Origin: an uncultured bacterium
Lineage (GTDB): Bacteria > Patescibacteriota > Minisyncoccia > Phycocordibacterales > Zambryskibacteraceae
DNA length: 64,000 nt
NCBI GenBank assembly: GCA_963789635.1
Contig: CAWBLF010000003.1
Coordinates: forward strand, 67,388-131,387
Direction: 5' to 3'
Shown here: piece after piece, positions 48,382 to 58,093 of the stretch
Numbering within the stretch: position 1 is the stretch's first letter
Layout of the letters: the number at the start of each line of letters is the position of its first letter
Made by a program: the position numbers and the translations under genes
The notes under the pieces: model-generated
What the model was told of the DNA's origin: nothing
Database searches by the model: none
The model's input: only the letters and a program-made list of their open reading frames with translations

Positions 48382-49794
48382 ATGGTATTTATGGATGATA
48401 CTGATGGTTCCAAAACATCGTTTAAGGAAATAGTTTTCGATCTTATGATTAGGAACGTGCCGTCTTTTGCCAACAAGATTTATTATTCACTTGGTTTTCT
48501 TTCGATGACAAGTCTGATGATGCTTGTCATTTCCGGAATAGTGTTGGTCTTCAATGGACCAAATTGGTGGCTGACCACGCCTATCGGGCTGTATGTGAGA
48601 AGCGTGCACCTTTGGGCGGCTCAGGCGTTTATTTTTTTCATACTTCTGCATTTGTTGATCGTTTTTTTGACCTCAGGCTATAAAAAACCCAGACGTCTGA
48701 CTTGGGTGCTTGGTGCCTTGATGTTATTTTTTGCAATTGCCGAAGCGGAATTCGGATACGGATTGAGAGGAGATTTTTCTTCGCAGTGGAGGGTGTTGCA
48801 GGCGGCGGACTTATACAACGGTAGCGGACTCGGACTTTTTATCAATAATTTGAATTACGCGCAGATTTACGGCATTCATATTGTCGCCATTCCGCTCGTC
48901 ATTATTGTTCTTTTATTTTTTCATTATTTGTTGGTCAAGGTTCGTGGAATTGCAAAGCCGTTCAAGCCGGAAGTGAAATACGAGGTGGTGCGGGCTAATC
49001 ACACGGTTTTGTTTGCCCGCGGGGCGACGCTTGTAGCCGTAATAATGTTGCTAGCGGTTGTTTTCAAATCACCGTTTATAATTCCCACGACAATACAAAG
49101 TGTCGCCCAAGATGATCCATCACTCGTGGCCAAGACGCTTGTTTCCGAAATCACCGGAACTTCGGACACGGCAACTTATTCGGACAACATTGACCCGTAT
49201 ACTTTTGATACCAAGATGGTCTATGTGACGACACCATTTTCTCAATATACGCAAAGCGGGAATTTGCCGGATAGTCTGGCTATTTTTGACGGTCAACAAT
49301 CGGGTTTGCAACAGATGGAACTGTCGCAAGCAAATGATTATTTTGATGGCGGGGGCGTATTGAATCAGAATTCTGACAACCCAGTCATTGCCACAGTGAG
49401 CGTTTTGACCAAAATGGCACAGAGCGGACTTTATGAGTCTGCGTTGAGTAGTGAAAGCGCCGGCAATGACAAAACTTACGTCACTAGGTTTCTACAGGAT
49501 ACCGGGATTATGGATGTCAAAGCCCTGCAATTGAAAATGACGACCGAACAATATGGCATGATTCGTGAGGAGAGCGGGATTTTGCCTCCCGGTGCTTGGT
49601 GGTTGATGCCTATTGGTGTGTTGGACCACACCATACTGGCCAACGATGAAAATCAGGACAGGGATGGAGCGGAAATTCTTGGGTTGGGTCTCTTGCTTTT
49701 GATTGCTTTCCCGTATATTCCGTATTTGAATCGTCTGCCGGAGAAACTTGGCCTGGATGTCTTTATATGGAGAGATAAAAAAGCAAAAGATTAG
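48382..49794 (+). CDS. cytochrome b/b6 N-terminal-like di-haem membrane domain protein with large C-terminal extracytoplasmic region
   Basis: Four TM helices with paired histidines spaced 13 and 14 residues apart (SVHLW...ILLHLL; GIHIV...FFHYLL), like bis-haem cytochrome b; soluble C-terminal about 250 aa. Confidence 0.45.
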   Translation: MVFMDDTDGSKTSFKEIVFDLMIRNVPSFANKIYYSLGFLSMTSLMMLVISGIVLVFNGPNWWLTTPIGLYVRSVHLWAAQAFIFFILLHLLIVFLTSGYKKPRRLTWVLGALMLFFAIAEAEFGYGLRGDFSSQWRVLQAADLYNGSGLGLFINNLNYAQIYGIHIVAIPLVIIVLLFFHYLLVKVRGIAKPFKPEVKYEVVRANHTVLFARGATLVAVIMLLAVVFKSPFIIPTTIQSVAQDDPSLVAKTLVSEITGTSDTATYSDNIDPYTFDTKMVYVTTPFSQYTQSGNLPDSLAIFDGQQSGLQQMELSQANDYFDGGGVLNQNSDNPVIATVSVLTKMAQSGLYESALSSESAGNDKTYVTRFLQDTGIMDVKALQLKMTTEQYGMIREESGILPPGAWWLMPIGVLDHTILANDENQDRDGAEILGLGLLLLIAFPYIPYLNRLPEKLGLDVFIWRDKKAKD

Positions 49795-49816
49795 ACTTTC
49801 AATAACAAATTTTAAC

Positions 49817-50236
49817 ATGGCAATTCCTTGGTTTAGCACCTTAACACTTTTTACCGAAATATTGGTCACAGCAAGCATTCTTTACAGTTTTTATTCTGCA
49901 ATGAAAAAGAATCGTTTTCCTTACATTCTTGTATCCATTACGCTTGCTTATGAAATTTTGTTCAACATAAGTTATATGGCCTCACGCGCTGTTTCAGGCG
50001 AAAATCCGAGCAAGCTTGAGTCACCACTTATTATTGGCTTGGCTATTTTCCATGGGATTTTTTCCTTGGTGATGTTTGTTTCGCTTCTCGTTTTCATGGT
50101 TTTGGCTTGGCGGAATTATAAGAAAGGAATTAATTTTTTCTCCAATCACAAAAAAATTTCTTATAGTTTTATTTTTCTTTGGCTGATTGCCGTTTTTTCC
50201 GGTATTTTCTTTTATTTTTTAACCTACTTTTCATAA
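49817..50236 (+). CDS. multi-TM membrane protein
   Basis: Start chosen at MAIPWF, downstream of the overlap with the preceding gene; 4 hydrophobic helices. Confidence 0.4.
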   Translation: MAIPWFSTLTLFTEILVTASILYSFYSAMKKNRFPYILVSITLAYEILFNISYMASRAVSGENPSKLESPLIIGLAIFHGIFSLVMFVSLLVFMVLAWRNYKKGINFFSNHKKISYSFIFLWLIAVFSGIFFYFLTYFS

Positions 50237-50255
50237 AATGCTTAATACTTAATAT

Positions 50256-50435
50256 ATGAAATATCTCAAAAACGTAGCCATAGCAGGGAATATACTTTTC
50301 ATTCTTTGGATTATTTACAACGGTATTGATGAAGGTTTTAGAGCGGTCGGTCGGGTGGAAGCTTTTTCTTTGACTGGTCTATTGTGTCTTTTGGTTCTAA
50401 ATATTTTTCTTTTATTTAGAAAAAATAGTGTATAG
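50256..50435 (+). CDS. small (59 aa) two-TM membrane peptide, not in ORF track
   Basis: MKYLKNVAIAGNILFILWIIYNG...LLCLLVLNIFLLF; intergenic position. Confidence 0.3.
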   Translation: MKYLKNVAIAGNILFILWIIYNGIDEGFRAVGRVEAFSLTGLLCLLVLNIFLLFRKNSV

Positions 50436-50602
50436 TAGAGTTCATGGCAAAAAGATTCGCAGTAAATACCAAGAACAAAACTTCGCGTTCCAAGAAAACT
50501 AAAAAACGTTTGGCTTTGAAGAATGCCAAGATTCAAGCGAAACGCAAGAGGTTTTAGTTTTATATCAAAAAACTTTTTGGGTTTTTGATATAATGCAGTT
50601 AT

Positions 50603-50998
50603 ATGAAAAAACTTTTAATAACACTATTTGTTCTAGTGGCGATTTTATTAATCATCGGGTTTTTGCCGGCCGGTCCCTCGTCGCAAACACAATTGAATGC
50701 GCCGACGACAAACATCGTCCAATATACCTGTGATGGTGGAAAGGTGATTTTGGCCCGATATTACGAGGGGACAACGACACCACCGTCGGCTCCGGGAGAA
50801 CCACCGATTCCTAGCGGAAGTGTGTCGTTGACGCTTGATGATGGCAGTAGCATGACATTACCACGGACAATATCTGCGGATGGTCTCAGGTATGCAAACA
50901 GCGACGAGTCTTTTGTCTTCTGGAGCAAAGGACAAGACGCTTTAGTGCTTGAAAATGGCGCTCCCAAAAACTACACCAACTGCGTAGCCAATCAGTAA
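50603..50998 (+). CDS. MliC-family (membrane-bound lysozyme inhibitor of C-type lysozyme)-like secreted protein
   Basis: Signal peptide; Cys...Cys frame with YxCDGGKVILARY...LTLDDGSSMTLPRTISADGLRYAN...FVFWSKG..A.L....C pattern typical of MliC/PliC. Confidence 0.5.
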   Translation: MKKLLITLFVLVAILLIIGFLPAGPSSQTQLNAPTTNIVQYTCDGGKVILARYYEGTTTPPSAPGEPPIPSGSVSLTLDDGSSMTLPRTISADGLRYANSDESFVFWSKGQDALVLENGAPKNYTNCVANQ

Positions 50999-51117
50999 AC
51001 AAATTACCATCTGGTAGTTTGTTCAGCTTCTCCATGGTAATTTCGTAAAGCACCGTAATTCAAACTTAATTCGTATATAATGTAATTGTCCTTTTATAAG
51101 CACAATTCTCATTTTGT

Positions 51118-52554
51118 ATGAAAAGAATATATATTGCTCCTTTAGTGGTACTGTTTTTCGCGGTTTTTTTGATGCCCATTCATTTTGTTTCAGCTTTTAC
51201 TTTGGGCCAGAATCTTATTACTGTTCAACAAGGGCAGACAGTATATGTGAGCATCTCCGCCAGTAGTGGAGTTTCTATAAACAATTCCAGTTCAGCTGTC
51301 GCCACGGTTTCTCTTTCAGGTAATCAAATCAGTATTACCGGTGTTTCTGGCGGTCAAACATTGGCGACCATTTGTGTTTCCGGAGATAGTTGCCAGACTC
51401 TTACTATCACGGTTCCGGCTGTTTCCGCGTTTACTCTGAGCCAAAACGCCATAACGGTGCAGACAGGGCAGACGGTGTATGTCAGCAGTTCTGTAAGTAG
51501 TGGCGTGTCAATCAGTAATTCAAATTCTTCCGTCGCCACCGCTTCTTTTTCCGGAAACCAAATCAGTGTTACCGGAGTAGCCAGTGGTCAGACCACCATC
51601 ACTCTTTGTGTCGCCGGACAAAATTGCCAAGCACTTACCGTTACTGTCCCTGCAGTCGTTACTACCACGACCACTGTGACGACGCCTCCCACTTTTAGCT
51701 CCAGCAATACTCTTTCAATGCAAGCCGGGGCAAACCAGGTTGTGACTATTTCGGGCGCCGGAGGATTCACACTTTCCAACAACTCCAATCCTTCTGTGGT
51801 TGGCGCCAGTGTCGTGGGGAACAATATTTATGTAATGGCCAATAGCCAGGGGGGAGACAATCTGACAATCTGTGACCAATCAAACCAATGCAGTGTGCTT
51901 TATGTCTCAGTCAGTGGTACGGTTGCCCAAACAAGTGTTCCCATAACCCTCGTGTCGTTTACGGTTGCCTCAAACAACAATCAAGGAAGCTTTCTCCATA
52001 TCGGTAGCAATATTCAATTTAGTTTTAATACCAATATTCCTGTGACCAATGCCACAGTTGTCGTGGGCAACGCCCATATTGACGCGGTAGGGAGTGGGTC
52101 CGGTCCGTATACGGCCAGTTACACTATGGGTGGATATGAATCGATTCCAATTCCGGTGACAATTACTGTGAGTGACGCAAATAATAACTCCGGACAATTT
52201 TCTTTCAGTCTTGGCGCAGGTGTGCCAGCGACGACTGCACCTCCGGCGCCGGTTGTTGTTTCTACTCCGGTAAATACGACCACGACGACGTCTGACACCG
52301 CAACATCCTCCGTGACGACACCTTCAATTATGCTGTATAAATTCAAAAATTATTTGTATGAAGGAATGACAAGCACCGACGTTCTTGCTTTGCAGGAACG
52401 CCTGAAATTAGAGGGCGTTTTCAGAGGACCTTCGACTGGCTTTTTTGGCCCATTGACCGTAGCTGCGGTCAAAGTGTATCAGGCCAAACATGGTTTGGAT
52501 CAGCTTGGAGTTGTAGGCCCGGCCACCAGATCCTCATTAAATAATGGTAATTAG
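51118..52554 (+). CDS. cell-surface protein with tandem Ig-like repeats and C-terminal peptidoglycan-binding (PG_binding_1) domain
   Basis: Signal peptide; two near-identical about 95-aa repeats (SAFTL.QN.ITVQ.GQTVYVS...); C-terminal LYEGMTSTDVLALQERLKLEGVF...GFFGPLTVAAVKVYQAKHGL matches PG_binding_1. Confidence 0.55.
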   Translation: MKRIYIAPLVVLFFAVFLMPIHFVSAFTLGQNLITVQQGQTVYVSISASSGVSINNSSSAVATVSLSGNQISITGVSGGQTLATICVSGDSCQTLTITVPAVSAFTLSQNAITVQTGQTVYVSSSVSSGVSISNSNSSVATASFSGNQISVTGVASGQTTITLCVAGQNCQALTVTVPAVVTTTTTVTTPPTFSSSNTLSMQAGANQVVTISGAGGFTLSNNSNPSVVGASVVGNNIYVMANSQGGDNLTICDQSNQCSVLYVSVSGTVAQTSVPITLVSFTVASNNNQGSFLHIGSNIQFSFNTNIPVTNATVVVGNAHIDAVGSGSGPYTASYTMGGYESIPIPVTITVSDANNNSGQFSFSLGAGVPATTAPPAPVVVSTPVNTTTTTSDTATSSVTTPSIMLYKFKNYLYEGMTSTDVLALQERLKLEGVFRGPSTGFFGPLTVAAVKVYQAKHGLDQLGVVGPATRSSLNNGN

Positions 52555-52678
52555 CCATATTTATTGGTTTGAATGACTGATTTTTTAATTTCAGCTATTC
52601 AAGAGTGGTCTTGATATGCCAAGGACGGGGTATATAATTAACAGCTGTGCTCGTTTACCATTAATTAATTTCCAATAT

Positions 52679-52987
52679 ATGTCATCAAAAAAGTGGGTTA
52701 TTATTGTTGTCGTTATCGTTCTCATTCTTATAGGCTGGTGGTTCTTTAGCAGTCAGGGTTCAAGTAGTACTACCGTTCCGGCCACGACGCAGCCTGCCGT
52801 GACACAAACACAAACGGGTCAAGCCAACTCGCCTTCTGCTCAAAATACTTCCAACAACGGTGTTTCTAGCACGGATACTTCCAATGCTGCGCTTACCCAA
52901 GATATGAGCGCAGTTGATTCACAGATGAGCGGTCTCAGTGCCGATACAGCGAATGCCGATGCCGGTTTGAGTCAGCCAAATCAGTAA
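52679..52987 (+). CDS. small membrane-anchored Thr/Ser/Gln-rich protein
   Basis: Start at MSSKKW inside the listed ORF; TM VIIVVVIVLILIGWWFF. Confidence 0.35.
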   Translation: MSSKKWVIIVVVIVLILIGWWFFSSQGSSSTTVPATTQPAVTQTQTGQANSPSAQNTSNNGVSSTDTSNAALTQDMSAVDSQMSGLSADTANADAGLSQPNQ

Positions 52988-53041
52988 ACCAAAAACTTGG
53001 ATTTCAACCCCCTTATAACTAAAACTTACAAATATACACAT

Positions 53042-53833
53042 ATGACTTATAAAAAAATTACCGCTTCAATCGTTTCGTTTTTGATTTCTCTGATGGCTTT
53101 TTCCGGTTTGGCAGTTGTGCCAGCTTTTGCCGCCACTACGAGCACAAACGTGACCGCAAACACCGCCACCCGTGAGCAAAAAATTATTACCCGTAGTGAT
53201 ACTGAAATTGCCAAACGTATCACCACACTTAACAATATTTCCGAGCGTATTTCTGGGATGAAAAATTTATCGGATGCCGAAAAAACAAGTATTAACAATG
53301 AAATCAATGCAAACATTACCGGGCTGACAGCTCTAAAGGCAAAGATAGACGGCGAGACAGATTTGACGACGTTGCTGGCCGATGAAAAATCCATCATCAC
53401 CACGTTTCGCATTTATGTTCTCATCGTTCCGCAAGGATACATTGCCGCTGCTTCTGACCGCATAACAACAGTTTCATCAATGCTTTCTACGGTGGCAAGT
53501 AAATTGCAAACCAGAATTACCGAGGCCCAAAGCGCAGGTAAAAACGTGGCTACACTTGTGACTACACTTGCAGACCTAAATGCCAAATTGGCTGACGCAA
53601 ACACACAGGCAGCCAAAGCTCAAAGCAGAGTTGTCTCTTTGGTACCGGATCAGGGCAACACCACTGTAGCCGCATCAAACCACGCCGCACTAGTGGCAGC
53701 ACGAGCCGATATTAAGGTTGCTACGGCCGATCTCAAGGCAGCACGACAGGATGCCGGCACGATAATCAAGGCTATCATTGCGTTCCATATTGAAAACACC
53801 CCCGCCACCACCACCCCGACAATCACTCAATAG
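53042..53833 (+). CDS. secreted alpha-helical hypothetical protein
   Basis: Signal peptide ending AFA; Ala/Thr-rich helical repeats. Confidence 0.4.
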   Translation: MTYKKITASIVSFLISLMAFSGLAVVPAFAATTSTNVTANTATREQKIITRSDTEIAKRITTLNNISERISGMKNLSDAEKTSINNEINANITGLTALKAKIDGETDLTTLLADEKSIITTFRIYVLIVPQGYIAAASDRITTVSSMLSTVASKLQTRITEAQSAGKNVATLVTTLADLNAKLADANTQAAKAQSRVVSLVPDQGNTTVAASNHAALVAARADIKVATADLKAARQDAGTIIKAIIAFHIENTPATTTPTITQ

Positions 53834-53910
53834 TTTTGACGCACGTTTGGTTTAGTACAACAAAAAATGAGCACTCGTATGCTCATTTTTTGTTGTATAA
53901 TGTATAAAGC

Positions 53911-54555
53911 ATGTCCACTAAATTTTCCACACCGCTTCTTGTTTTTATCATTCTCATTTCAATCGGGACCGGTATTTATTTTTATCCGGTGCTTCCCGCA
54001 CGCATCGCTTCACATTGGGATTCCAGCGGTCAGGTCACCGGTTTTATGGACAAAGGCGTGGGAGTATTTTTGATTCCGCTCATTGAAGCCTTGGTGTTTA
54101 TTTTTTATCTCATCATTCCATATATTGACCCGCACAAACAAAACTTTTGGTTGTTTAGAAAAGAATACAATGCCTTTTTTATTTTGATTGGTTTGTTTCT
54201 TTTTGGCATTGAGCTAATGACGCTTTTGTGGAACAGCGGGGTGTATTTTAATATGATTGAAATCGTTTTGCCTATGACAGGGATTCTTTTTTTCTATATC
54301 GGCACATTGTTGCACTACACCAAACCAAACTGGTTTGTGGGGATAAGAACACCGTGGACATTGAGTAATCCTATCGTTTGGGACAAGACACACGCTCTTG
54401 GAGGAAATTTATTCAAGATTTCGGGTATTTTTGCCTGTATAGGCATGCTTGTTCCAAATTATGGAGTGTGGTTTGTTTTGGTGCCGGCAATTGGGGTGAG
54501 TTTGTTTTTGGTTGTATATTCGTACATTATCTATCAAAGAATAGTGCCAAGTTAA
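53911..54555 (+). CDS. SdpI/YhfL-family membrane protein (DUF1648 plus SdpI)
   Basis: Motif NWFVGIRTPWTLSNPIVWDKTHALGG; 4 to 6 TM. Confidence 0.6.
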   Translation: MSTKFSTPLLVFIILISIGTGIYFYPVLPARIASHWDSSGQVTGFMDKGVGVFLIPLIEALVFIFYLIIPYIDPHKQNFWLFRKEYNAFFILIGLFLFGIELMTLLWNSGVYFNMIEIVLPMTGILFFYIGTLLHYTKPNWFVGIRTPWTLSNPIVWDKTHALGGNLFKISGIFACIGMLVPNYGVWFVLVPAIGVSLFLVVYSYIIYQRIVPS

Positions 54556-54624
54556 CTTTGGTAAACGGAGCAACGATTCATGGTGATGCATTTCAAAAAT
54601 ATTATGCCATATTAAAATAATCTT

Positions 54625-55029
54625 ATGCCGGAACACAATACTAATACAAAGAAAAAAGTGATTATCTCAGGGGTGATTGTCCTACTCGTCATTTTCGGAC
54701 TTTTCTTTTTTGCCCGTTATAACAACAATCAAATTTATACTTCTACGGAGCAAACCACCTCTACCCCTACGGTAGCTTCGGAAATGGCTCGAAGCACCAC
54801 TTACACGTGTGGCGATAATTTTTCTGTTGGCGCAGTTTATAGTGATAATCAAGTGGTGCTTACATTGAGTGATGGTCGAACAATGACTCTTTTACAAACT
54901 CCGGTTTCTAGCGGAGTAGAATTTACAAATGGCGATGGCAGTTTCATTTTCTTGACCAAAGGGCCGAGTGCCACTATTACTGAGGGAGGAATAGTTACTC
55001 ACAACGACTGTATCGAACCAAAAGGTTAA
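54625..55029 (+). CDS. second MliC-family-like secreted protein
   Basis: TM/signal; YTCGDNFSVGAVYSDNQVVLTLSDGRTMTLLQTPVSSGVEFTNGDGSFIFLTKG...C frame parallels ORF 50603. Confidence 0.45.
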   Translation: MPEHNTNTKKKVIISGVIVLLVIFGLFFFARYNNNQIYTSTEQTTSTPTVASEMARSTTYTCGDNFSVGAVYSDNQVVLTLSDGRTMTLLQTPVSSGVEFTNGDGSFIFLTKGPSATITEGGIVTHNDCIEPKG

Positions 55030-55080
55030 TTTTTGATACAATTAGAAATATTTATTAAGTATAAAGACTAATCTCATTAG

Positions 55081-55242
55081 ATGAAATCATTTATTTGGCT
55101 TGGATTGTTTGTCGGTTCGACCATAGGAGGCATGGTGCCTATGCTTTGGGGAGGGAATGCTCTTTCCGTTTCCTCGGTCATTTTTGGCGCAGTGGGTGGA
55201 ATTTTGGGAATTTGGGCAGGGTATAGAATAGGTGAGCCATAG
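55081..55242 (+). CDS. small (53 aa) two-TM membrane peptide, not in ORF track
   Basis: MKSFIWLGLFVGSTIGGMVPMLWGG...GAVGGILGIWAGYRIG (GxxxG-rich). Confidence 0.3.
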   Translation: MKSFIWLGLFVGSTIGGMVPMLWGGNALSVSSVIFGAVGGILGIWAGYRIGEP

Positions 55243-55437
55243 TTTTGCTATTGGCAAATTAGAGCCAACAAAAAGGGTTTATTAAGCGAAATACCCAACA
55301 ATTTTTATGACCAAATTTCTTCTGGTATTTAACAGTTTTTGTGTTATTGTCCTAGGTAGGAGCCCTTATGTGGCTATTGCGCGTAGTGCGTTTTTCGATT
55401 GCCAAACCGGATAATTTTTGTTTAGGTTTTACATTTT

Positions 55438-56571
55438 ATGAAGTATTTATTGCCATTTTTCATTTTTGTTGTCCTGGTCATGCCGGTGGTCAGTCACGCG
55501 GCTGTTTTTAGTGCCAGTAACTCATACACCTTGAGACAAGGTGATGTTGTGAATGAAGATCTGTATGCCGCAGGAGTCAATGTGACTGCAGTCGGCAATG
55601 TCAAAGGAGATGCTTCTTTGGTCGGAGCGAATATTTTTGTCGGTGATTCAATTACCGATAATGCTTTTTTGATTGGCGGAACGGTAGACGTCATCGGTGA
55701 TATTGGAAAAAATCTTCGCATTATGTCCGGTAAAACTATTTTTCACGGCACAGTGGGGCATGATCTCGTTGTCGCTTCGGGAAATTTTCAAATATTGCCG
55801 CAGTCCACGATTACCGGTGATGTGGCCATGGCTGTAGCCAACGCCGTCATCGATGGCACGATAAAGGGTGACGTCAAAGGGGTCTTTGGTTCTCTGGTCA
55901 TAAACGGCACCGTTTTGGGTTCTGTCAAAGTAACAGCCGATTCAATTACCGTTGGTCCAAACGCCCACATTGTTGGTAATTTTGATTATTCTTCTTCACA
56001 ACCAGCAAATATAGATAAAATGGCGGCGATAAACGGACAAGTCACTTATACCAATGTGGATACCCGTTCACGTTTCGAAAGGTTGCTTCCAACCGTTTGG
56101 GGCACTTGGATTGTAATTAAATTTATCATTCTTCTCATCTCGGCTCTTGTCATTCAAGGAGTCTTTCGTTCTACCTCTCAAGTTTTTGTCCGCACAGCAA
56201 TAGAAGATTCGTTCTGGTCTTTTATCCGTGGTTTTGTCATTGTGGTGGCGACACCTCTTGCTTTGGCTGTGCTCTTTCTCACATTTGTCGGCATTCCTTT
56301 TGTAATTCTGGGTCTTTCTCTCTATACTTCGTTTTTAGTTTTGGCATACCTTTTTAGTCCGATTGTTCTTGGTGGCTTATTGACGAAACTTTTCTGGCGT
56401 AATCACAACCTGACAATTAACTGGAAAAGTATCGTGCTCGGCGTATGTGCTTTCATGATACTTTCGCCACTCGGTTGGTTTGGCACCGCTCTGCAAGCAA
56501 TACTTTTTCTTGTAACACTAGGGTCTCTTTACAAAGTTCTACTCGAACGTTTCGCCAGAGCTAGGGAATAG
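55438..56571 (+). CDS. membrane protein with bactofilin-like beta-helical repeat region (polymer-forming/DUF342-like) plus C-terminal TM domain
   Basis: Signal/TM; repeated (V/I)xGxVxGD units (NVKGDASLVGANIFVGDSITDNAFLIGGTVDVIGDIG...); then 4 TM helices. Confidence 0.45.
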   Translation: MKYLLPFFIFVVLVMPVVSHAAVFSASNSYTLRQGDVVNEDLYAAGVNVTAVGNVKGDASLVGANIFVGDSITDNAFLIGGTVDVIGDIGKNLRIMSGKTIFHGTVGHDLVVASGNFQILPQSTITGDVAMAVANAVIDGTIKGDVKGVFGSLVINGTVLGSVKVTADSITVGPNAHIVGNFDYSSSQPANIDKMAAINGQVTYTNVDTRSRFERLLPTVWGTWIVIKFIILLISALVIQGVFRSTSQVFVRTAIEDSFWSFIRGFVIVVATPLALAVLFLTFVGIPFVILGLSLYTSFLVLAYLFSPIVLGGLLTKLFWRNHNLTINWKSIVLGVCAFMILSPLGWFGTALQAILFLVTLGSLYKVLLERFARARE

Positions 56572-56577
56572 GCGATA

Positions 56578-57756
56578 TTATTTGGTATCTTTCAGTTTGT
56601 AAGCAAAATATATTCCCAGCACGCAAAATAAGGCAAAAATCAGAAAAATCAGTCGAAACGGCATAAATAGGAGTGACACGGCCGCTATAATTGGAGCGAT
56701 AATGTATCCAAGTGGATGAGTGGCTCTGAATATGCTGATGAAATCCGCATCGGTTTCGTTGACATGTTTAAAAAAGTAACTTTCAGTTGTAGCTTCGACG
56801 AAACTTGCGCCTATTCTTGAAGCTACCAGTACCGCTGTCCACGCAAGAAATGTGGCTTGTGTCACAAAAGGGAAAAATAAAAGCGAACCAATTATAATCA
56901 AAAATCCAAACATCATCATTTCTTTCTCGCCGATCCATCTGTCGGCGATTATTCCCACCGGAATTTCTATGACCACGAAAGGTACAAGCATTATTGTGAA
57001 GATAATACCAAGAGTCGACCAAGGGAAACCAATATATTCATGAAGATATATGGGAGTGTAGATTATCATCCACGTGTAAAAAGTTTGCAGTACAATCGAA
57101 GCTCCGGTGATATAACGAATATCTCTTTTTTTCCATATCTCCTTGAGCGTATGAAATACGGCGGTGTGCGCCGGCGCTGTGACGACTTTTTTACCCAAAC
57201 CGCCGATGACCACAAGAATGAAAGGAATGATGGAAAGTGCCGACAAAATATAGACTGGTCGGTAATCATTGTTTGTCACGAAGAACGCGACAATCAAAGG
57301 ACAAACTACGAGCACGGCATTTGCTACGGTTATATACATTGTGCGCAACCTACCGGTCTGATTTTCACCCATGATTTCGCTTTCAAAAAAGACATCTAGA
57401 CCGAACCCGATAAGGGCGATAATTGTCTGATGAACCAAAAAAGCAAGGATGATGATGAGCGGGCTGTGGGCAAAAATAAAAGTAGTTATGGCAGAGGCTT
57501 CTAATATCGCTCCGATGAGAAGAAAACGGTATATACCGATTTTCTTGATTATTCCTGCCGATGGCAGAAACAGTAGTAGATTGATGATGGAGCCGGCTAC
57601 ATAAAGAATGGATAGACCAGTATTGTTGAAAAAACCAGAAAGAAACGATGAATTAATATAGATAATTAGATAATAGTGAAATGACAAAAACAAATTCGCC
57701 AAAAAAATTTCAAGAAGAATCATCCCGTTAGAAGCAGGTCGCGGGCAGCGTGACAT
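56578..57756 (-). CDS. MFS transporter
   Basis: 12 TM; MFS-like loop motifs. Confidence 0.75.
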   Translation of the reverse strand: MSRCPRPASNGMILLEIFLANLFLSFHYYLIIYINSSFLSGFFNNTGLSILYVAGSIINLLLFLPSAGIIKKIGIYRFLLIGAILEASAITTFIFAHSPLIIILAFLVHQTIIALIGFGLDVFFESEIMGENQTGRLRTMYITVANAVLVVCPLIVAFFVTNNDYRPVYILSALSIIPFILVVIGGLGKKVVTAPAHTAVFHTLKEIWKKRDIRYITGASIVLQTFYTWMIIYTPIYLHEYIGFPWSTLGIIFTIMLVPFVVIEIPVGIIADRWIGEKEMMMFGFLIIIGSLLFFPFVTQATFLAWTAVLVASRIGASFVEATTESYFFKHVNETDADFISIFRATHPLGYIIAPIIAAVSLLFMPFRLIFLIFALFCVLGIYFAYKLKDTK

Positions 57757-57924
57757 GCGTAAGATTAAAATGGTAAATGTTCTGACCCTTTTTCATATAT
57801 TTGAAAGTAATAATTGAAACCGTGACCGTGGCTTCGTACGGGATCAGAAAAAAGTGTCCTTTTATTATAACGTATTTTTAGCGTATTCGGGGCTTAGTCT
57901 TTATGATTTGATTGAATTTTGGAC

Positions 57925-58082
57925 TCGATTTGGTATCCGAGGTTTAATCTTTTAACATTTCGAGGACTTAGCCTCTGGGTACCAAAAAGACGTCAAAGAA
58001 TTAGCAAATACTAGTAATCCTAAATAGTATTCGAGGTTTAGCCTTGAGAATTTGAAACTAAGGCTAAATCCTCGGATCCGAA
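57925..58082. promoter_or_regulatory. cluster of three CGAGG(T/A)(T/C)TTAGCCT repeats ending in a 14-bp-stem hairpin between the rnj 3' end and the MFS 5' region
   Basis: CGAGGTTTAGCCTT-N14-AAGGCTAAATCCTCG inverted repeat at 58032-58073 (likely rnj terminator); earlier direct copies at 57927 and 57961. Confidence 0.4.
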
Positions 58083-58093
58083 TTATTTATTGT

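Noticed and set aside
50447-50560. 37-aa highly basic ORF (MAKRFAVNTKNKTSRSKKTKKRLALKNAKIQAKRKRF) as a possible small ribosomal protein
   Set aside because: I could not match it to bL32/bL34/bL35/bL36/bS21 signatures. It may be real, but the support is insufficient to call it.
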